Positions 57,698-64,000 of a stretch of 64,000 nucleotides of DNA are shown here, piece after piece (positions within the stretch are counted from its first letter, which is position 1; each line of letters begins with the position of its first letter). A program made the translations under genes and the position numbers. The stretch comes from the human T2T-CHM13v2.0 reference genome, Homo sapiens: NCBI RefSeq assembly GCF_009914755.1, contig NC_060925.1; one strand, 5' to 3'. The notes beneath the pieces are model-generated. The model saw nothing but the letters and a program-made list of their open reading frames with translations, did no database searches and had not been told where the DNA came from.

Positions 57698-60600
57698 AAT
57701 CTGAAAGAATAATGCTATTGTCTCTTACTATTATTGTGGACTTGTACCTATCTTATTTAAACTTTATCAGTTTGTGCTGTTTCAGTTTTATTCTTACTCC
57801 ATTTTCCAATGTGTCATTCACTTATTCTTCCTCCTTAATTTCTTCTGCCCTTAATTGTGTATGACCTTTTTTTCCTGGTCTATCTCTAATTTATTTTTTT
57901 AAATTTTCTGTGATATTATGTCATTTATTTTAAATTGATATCTGTTCCATCCAACTTAAGAATCTCTTATTTTATTAGGTGTATAAGCTGTCTCAAAGTT
58001 ATTGCATTCACCAATTCATTTTTGACACATTTCTATTTTTTTAACTTTTTTCTCTATAATGATTTACTGATATTTATTTTCCCTTTCTTGTCATTTGCGG
58101 GATTAGTCATGTTTTCTTTGACCTATTTTTCTTCTTCTATTATTTTAGAAGATATGCATATGATTTCTATCATTTTAGTAACAATCATAAAACTTTTAGG
58201 TTTTTAATAAGTTATTAAAGCTAGCCAGTATATGAATATTTTAAAACTAAATGGCATAAAATCCTTAGATGGCTTAAAGCCCTTCTTCTTGGCTTCCAAC
58301 ATTCAGCTCCCATGTTTGTATCATCATCATCATTTAAGAAATATTTTTCTTCTTATATGTTTAGCAAAACATAAATTTAAACACAGCATTATAGTGTTTC
58401 TAAGTTTAGATATATTTTTGCTGCCGCATTATTCCTTTCACTTTGAAGTTTCTTTTTACTTGCTGGAATACATTATGTTAGCAAGTGCATAGAAATCATG
58501 AACTTGATGAGTCTGAATATGTCATTTTTACCTTCATACTTGAATGTTACTGTAGTAGTAAAAAGTATAAGTTTAATAATTTTATTTACATTTTAGACAA
58601 GGTTTTGAATTTATTGAATATGTAGATCTGTTTTGCATCACATTTTCAAGTGAGGCCTTTGATATTTTATGATTTCTATTTCTATTTCTATTTCTTTATT
58701 TCTGTTCTCTGTTTGGAGTTTGGGATTTGTTTTATTCCTGGTGTTAGGATTTTAAAATTTAACAATTTAATTCTAACTCAGTTTTGAAAAGATTCTTATT
58801 CTTCTACTTCTATTATTTTTTTTAAAGAAATTTGCTTAGCTTACTTTGTATTCATTTGATCTCTATTTTCAATTCAAGAAATGATGCATCAATTTATTCA
58901 ATTTTATTAATTCCTTTAAAATATTATCTCCATGGATGCTTTCCATCGTCTTCTTTGGTATGTTTGTGGTATAGATCTTGCAATTTGTACTTTTAATCTC
59001 TGATAGTGTAAATTTTATTATGATCTTTTCATCTCATTATCTTTTTATGACACATTTTGGGAAAACTGTTGGCATTATATTTGAAGCTTGATCATAGCTT
59101 AGTAATTTGCTTTGCATCTTTGTCAATTCTAATCATTAACAAACATGTACATATTTATGTTCAGTAAAGATACAGTCATTAATTTTTATATTTAATGAGT
59201 ATTCCATCATAGTCTATTTGTGTTTATTTATATGATAAGGTTTCACTATTCTTAGAAAATAATACTTCTTTATCTCAATGCTTATTTATCTAAAGTTGCT
59301 TCAAACTGTATAATACTTTTTACTCATATGCATATTTTTATAATTTTTGTTTATTATAAAGATATTATGTCAAATTGTTTTTTTAGTTCAGTGCATCTGT
59401 GAAACTTCTTCCATATGTATTTAAAATCCTACTTAGAAGAATAAAAGCCAGTACTTCTACCATTTGCAATTTAGCCTGTTTTTCGAAAGAATGGAGGAGG
59501 GATGATATGTGTCATGAAAGAGCTTTTGGTAGACAGTTTATGAGTTAGTACTTTCCATTCATCTTAGATGTCACCAGTAGTCTGAAGTTTTGCTTCTCTA
59601 TACCATAACTGTAGGCTATATCAGTCCTCTCTGGAGACAGATGTTACTGCTGTCACAGAGCCCCTCTGCATCTCTGTATCTGGAAGTGAGGTGTTTTTGT
59701 GGTCACATTCAACGTCTACAGAAGGCTATCCTGAATCAGATTTGAGGGTAATATTCTTCAACAGGATTATCTCTGGTTCTTATCTTCCTAAAATGTTTCA
59801 TACGTTCTAGTTTCATTCTGGTGTTGCTCATATATTCCCAGATTTTTAATCTTACTGGTCAATTTTGAGAATCTAGTACGTAAAGGGCAGCGTGTAATGA
59901 ATGGACAAATTTCTGGTATATTATAGTTGCCGAAGCAAATGTCATGCAGGTGCATATAAAAAATGCAATTACAATTGAAATGAGAACCCATTTAATAGTA
60001 TATTCAGATAACTAGGTGAATAAGATAGATGAAGAATCATTTCCTGATTTTAATTATGGTATATCTTCAAAAATATATTTACCAGCAATTCTCAGGACAT
60101 TCAAATTCTCATGACTTAAACATTGTGTTTTATTTTAGCCCAGTTAATATGTCTGGTAGTAATATTGATTAGTTTTGTCATTATTATGTGATCAAAAGGA
60201 GCATTTTATTTAACAATGACTCTGAAATTGTTTTATGTCATTACAAATAAATGGTAAATGTATGATATTAGTGGAAGCTGAATTCAACAATTATTTATTA
60301 TCAATAAATATAATTGTAGAGGTAAAATACAGAGGTATTATGTGATTTATTTAGGATGTATGACAGATAACATTAGTACAAACGGTGGCTTAATCTTTAA
60401 TTTCTACATTGAAACATAATTTCACTATATAATGCACATTTTAATTTATAACATAGCGCCATTTCAGCATAAATACTGAGTATAGATAGATAATTTTAAA
60501 AGAAGTGCAGTTTCTTGAAATATGGATTGTTTTATTCCAGTGTTTAGCACCCTTTTTATTGATGATAAAGTAAAAAAAAATCAAAAAAGGAATTCTGTCA

Positions 60601-62399
60601 GCAGACAAGTTTGACTAGTTCACTGATGTCAAATGCATAGCAAAGTATACATGATGCTTACAGTCTTAAGTTTCAGGATTTCAAGTGCCTGACCTCCTAC
60701 AAGATAATGTGAAAATTGCAGCCCCAGTGTTAGACAGACTTTCTACAGGTTTGTATTCTTCACAGTTACCACATGAGCCCTCCACGACTGGAAAGCAGGG
60801 AAGAACTAAGTAAACCTCTATTTTGTGGATGCAAGAGGGTAGCATAAATTTCTAAACATAAGAGTACAAGTTCTACTTTCTCTAATGGGAGGAGGAGGAG
60901 ATTGAGGTGGGAGAAACAGAAAAATTCTTAAGATCTTTCATATTTTCTAGTTTCAGGTCTCAGCATGCAAAATTTACAACATTAAAAATTAATCTTCATC
61001 AATTGGGCTTCTTAAATGTGGTGTTCTGGTAATTTCCTAGCCTCCACTTATAATAATAAAAGAATTAGAGGAAGAAATTTAGAAAATACTCAAGTTTTAA
61101 ATGCCCAATGGCAACATTTGTGTTGAAGAGAGAACACACAATGAACTACACAATTAAATAAATAATGACAACAAACAAAGATAATGACAAACAACTATTT
61201 TATATTCTGGAAACATACATGCACAAACATTTCCTAATTTATACAATTGTGGATGTTAATGAATCTGATTTTTCCCCCATTAGCTGTTTTGATTGCCTTA
61301 TATTAGGCAGTATAGTGATTCACTTCACAATACTGGGTTTTTCAATGGTTTGTTTTTGTGTTGCTCTTCATGGTCACTGTCAGAGTAAAATATTTTGATC
61401 TTAAGTAGTAGCTTTCAGAAAGATACATATAGATCACATTTGTCTCCTGGGAAAGAAGCCTGTGAAATTAAAAGTAGGCTTGCCATAAAAGATCCAAATT
61501 TAAAAGCCGCTCTGCAGAATCATCTTCCTACTTCTACAAATGTATGCTCTAATATTATATATATTTTTTAAAATAAAATAATTACATTACCTTTTTATTT
61601 ATATGTGGCCTGATCCCATGACTGGTCCTGTGTTTGGCAGTTGTCTCACCGCCATTATCTGTGGGTATAATCTCTCCAAAAATGGTTTCTCTGGAGTCCT
61701 AAATTAATCACTATTGGAATAATCCATTTGTATACTTTAAAGTACATATGAAACAGATACACAGTATGCAAAGGGATTCTCTTAACTAAAATGTAATGTA
61801 CTGATGGTTTGTTCTTTTTTAATTCTCTTGCAAAAACCATTACATTTGAGATGTACTAAGTTATTGTAATTTTCTTTTGATATATGTAAATCAGATATTA
61901 TGATCACTTAATTTATAAGAAACTGATTCTTAAGAGATTAGGTGAATCCCAAGGTTCAGAAGGATTCAGGGAGAGGCAGGACACACGTCATGTTCTTCTG
62001 ACAGATAGACCAGTAATTCTTCCTTGTGGTACCTGGCCTCTCCTTTTGAATTGCAAGAGTTGACTTGCAAATTTTTCTTTCTCATGAGCATATATTCATT
62101 TATCACATCAACCAGCTGCAATCTCTTAAAGACTGGTGTCATGAGAAAATGAAACACTAAGCAGATATAGCTTTCAATATAGCTTTGGGAGAGAAAGGCT
62201 TGGAAGTTTAAGACTGTAGTGTTGTTATTATTATTTGCTTGAGAATTTCAGGGGCACATAAGGCATTTGGAAGCAAAAAGTGGGTAGTGTTAAAAAACAA
62301 AATGAAAATAAACTACCAAACATTTTAAGAATAATACATAATCTATAATATCCTTTTTAAAACAATCAAACTAATGAAGGATTAAAAAGTGACTACAAA

Positions 62400-62830
62400 A
62401 TTGTCAAAGTGTAATGAGTTAGACACCCTCATCTTGTATGAGGTTATGAATTGGTCTAATCTTTTGGAAAATGTACGTATAGATAGGTAATAAAAATGTC
62501 AAAAATATCCATATTCTTTGGTTTTGAATTGATAACTTTATTTGCTTGTTTTTTCCAAAGGAAAGAATACAACTATGCCTTTTATAGAGCTGCCATTTTA
62601 TTAAGTGAATTATATTTACAAAATATAAATTTTTATTATTTGTATTAAAATTAGCAAATTGGGAATAGCCTAATTTTTCCAAAATAGAATAATGCATAAT
62701 CATTGAATACGTATTATGTAACTATAAAAACTCTTTGTGGAAAAAAATAATGACAGAGAAATATTCTTATAATATTAAGTGAAGAGAAATTATACAAAAA
62801 ATTACGTGGTACATATGTATCATATATAGA
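62400..62830 (+). mobile_element. Probable very old L1ME 3' fragment
   Basis: Weak resemblance: attggtctaatcttttggaaa, gcaaattgggaatagcctaa, ttataatattaagtgaa. Confidence 0.35.
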
Positions 62831-64000
62831 AAGGAATAAAAAGAAACAGCTAATCACATTAATTTTAAATTTACCAAGAAAATAAATGAAAGAAAATACA
62901 ATGAACTATAAATAATGACATTATCTTGGGAATGAGGATAAAAAATGCTCATTTGATTTTTATTCTGAATGCTATTATTTTACAAATTTCTAAAATGACT
63001 CTTTAACTTTTATGGGAGATAGGAGGAAGATAAGCTTTTCCTACATAAATTTCCACTTTCGCTTTTCAGATTTTAGCTTCAGAGATCAATGTTCAGATAT
63101 TTCATTTCTTCTTCAGTCTTCCTCCCCTACGCAGAATAAATACAAACTTGAAACCATGAATTCTATACTGAAGCAAAAGTTGTAAGTGTCACTGGGGATG
63201 TTGATTTCCTAGGACAGTTTTTTATTATTATTATTATTTTAAACATTGGCAGTTGTATTTTTAAGGGAATTTGCCTGTCATCAGTTGTTGGAGCATGGAG
63301 TGAAGAGTCCTGTGATGTATGTTGGGGGTGCACAGCAATTCTATCTAAGCAGTTTTATTTTACTCAAATGACATGGTGATGTGAGACAAGAGTAGATTCA
63401 TGCCCATGATATACTCCCCACTTCAATTACAAAACTAGTTTAAAATCACTTTAAAGTGTCTACTGACACTTTGATGGAAACTAACTGATTCTGTATATGA
63501 ATAGACAAAATATTCTGGGGAATACTGAAGTCAATTGGTGAAATTTAAGCTTCGTTTAAATTAGTCTCTAAGGTGAGGGTCTTCTCTTTATGTCTATTCT
63601 GGAGAGTGATAATGTCGATTACTATATATTTTATAAACCTAAGGCTGACATTCCATGGAAATCTTAAAAGGATGCTGTTAGATGCTATTGGACCCTAAGG
63701 ACTTAAGGTCATTATCAGCGTTTCCTTTAAATTATAATGTATGCTGCAATTTATACAAATAAGTGTTGGCAAAAGATAAAACTGTAGATATGATTCTTAG
63801 CACATAAATTAATACAAATAAAATTATATTTTAATTTTAATTTTAGAAAGGTGTGTACTTATTCCAAAATAGAAAACTGATTATTTAGATCTGAAGACTT
63901 TAGTAGTCTTCACTTTAAATATTAAATTTATGATGAAATAATTATTGGCATGGTGATAGTTTTTGAATTCAGTCTTCTAGTGTAAATAACATTTTCTCTA

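Noticed and set aside
57700-64000. Host exons or RNA genes in the distal AT-rich region
   Set aside because: Only short low-complexity ORFs and probable decayed L1M remnants; no supportable gene structure.

Overview
Primate (human-like) AT-rich, gene-poor DNA. I find no protein-coding host gene, RNA gene or CRISPR array. Nearly all listed ORFs are chance or repeat-derived, and about half the window is transposable elements. These include about 11 Alus, L1s of several ages (some nested) and MaLR elements (THE1D-like solo LTR, a two-LTR THE1C-like element, MST/MLT1A). There are also solo LTRs of MER11D-, MER52-, LTR12- and MLT2A-type, plus MIR and Charlie remnants. Three structures stand out. 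(1) A 3'-truncated ERV9/LTR12F-type provirus (21481-27158) is flanked by a ~365-bp direct duplication containing a whole Alu, instead of a normal 4-bp TSD. (2) A very decayed, ancient ERVL-like (class III) provirus (~49.4-53.75 kb) still shows gag, RT and IN motifs plus a gamma-type env TM. (3) An old L1PA has its 5'UTR fused directly to the ORF2 start, with ORF1 missing. I see no convincing new biological system; the findings are unusual retroelement architectures. Subfamily names come from recalled consensus sequences and need Dfam/RepeatMasker confirmation.
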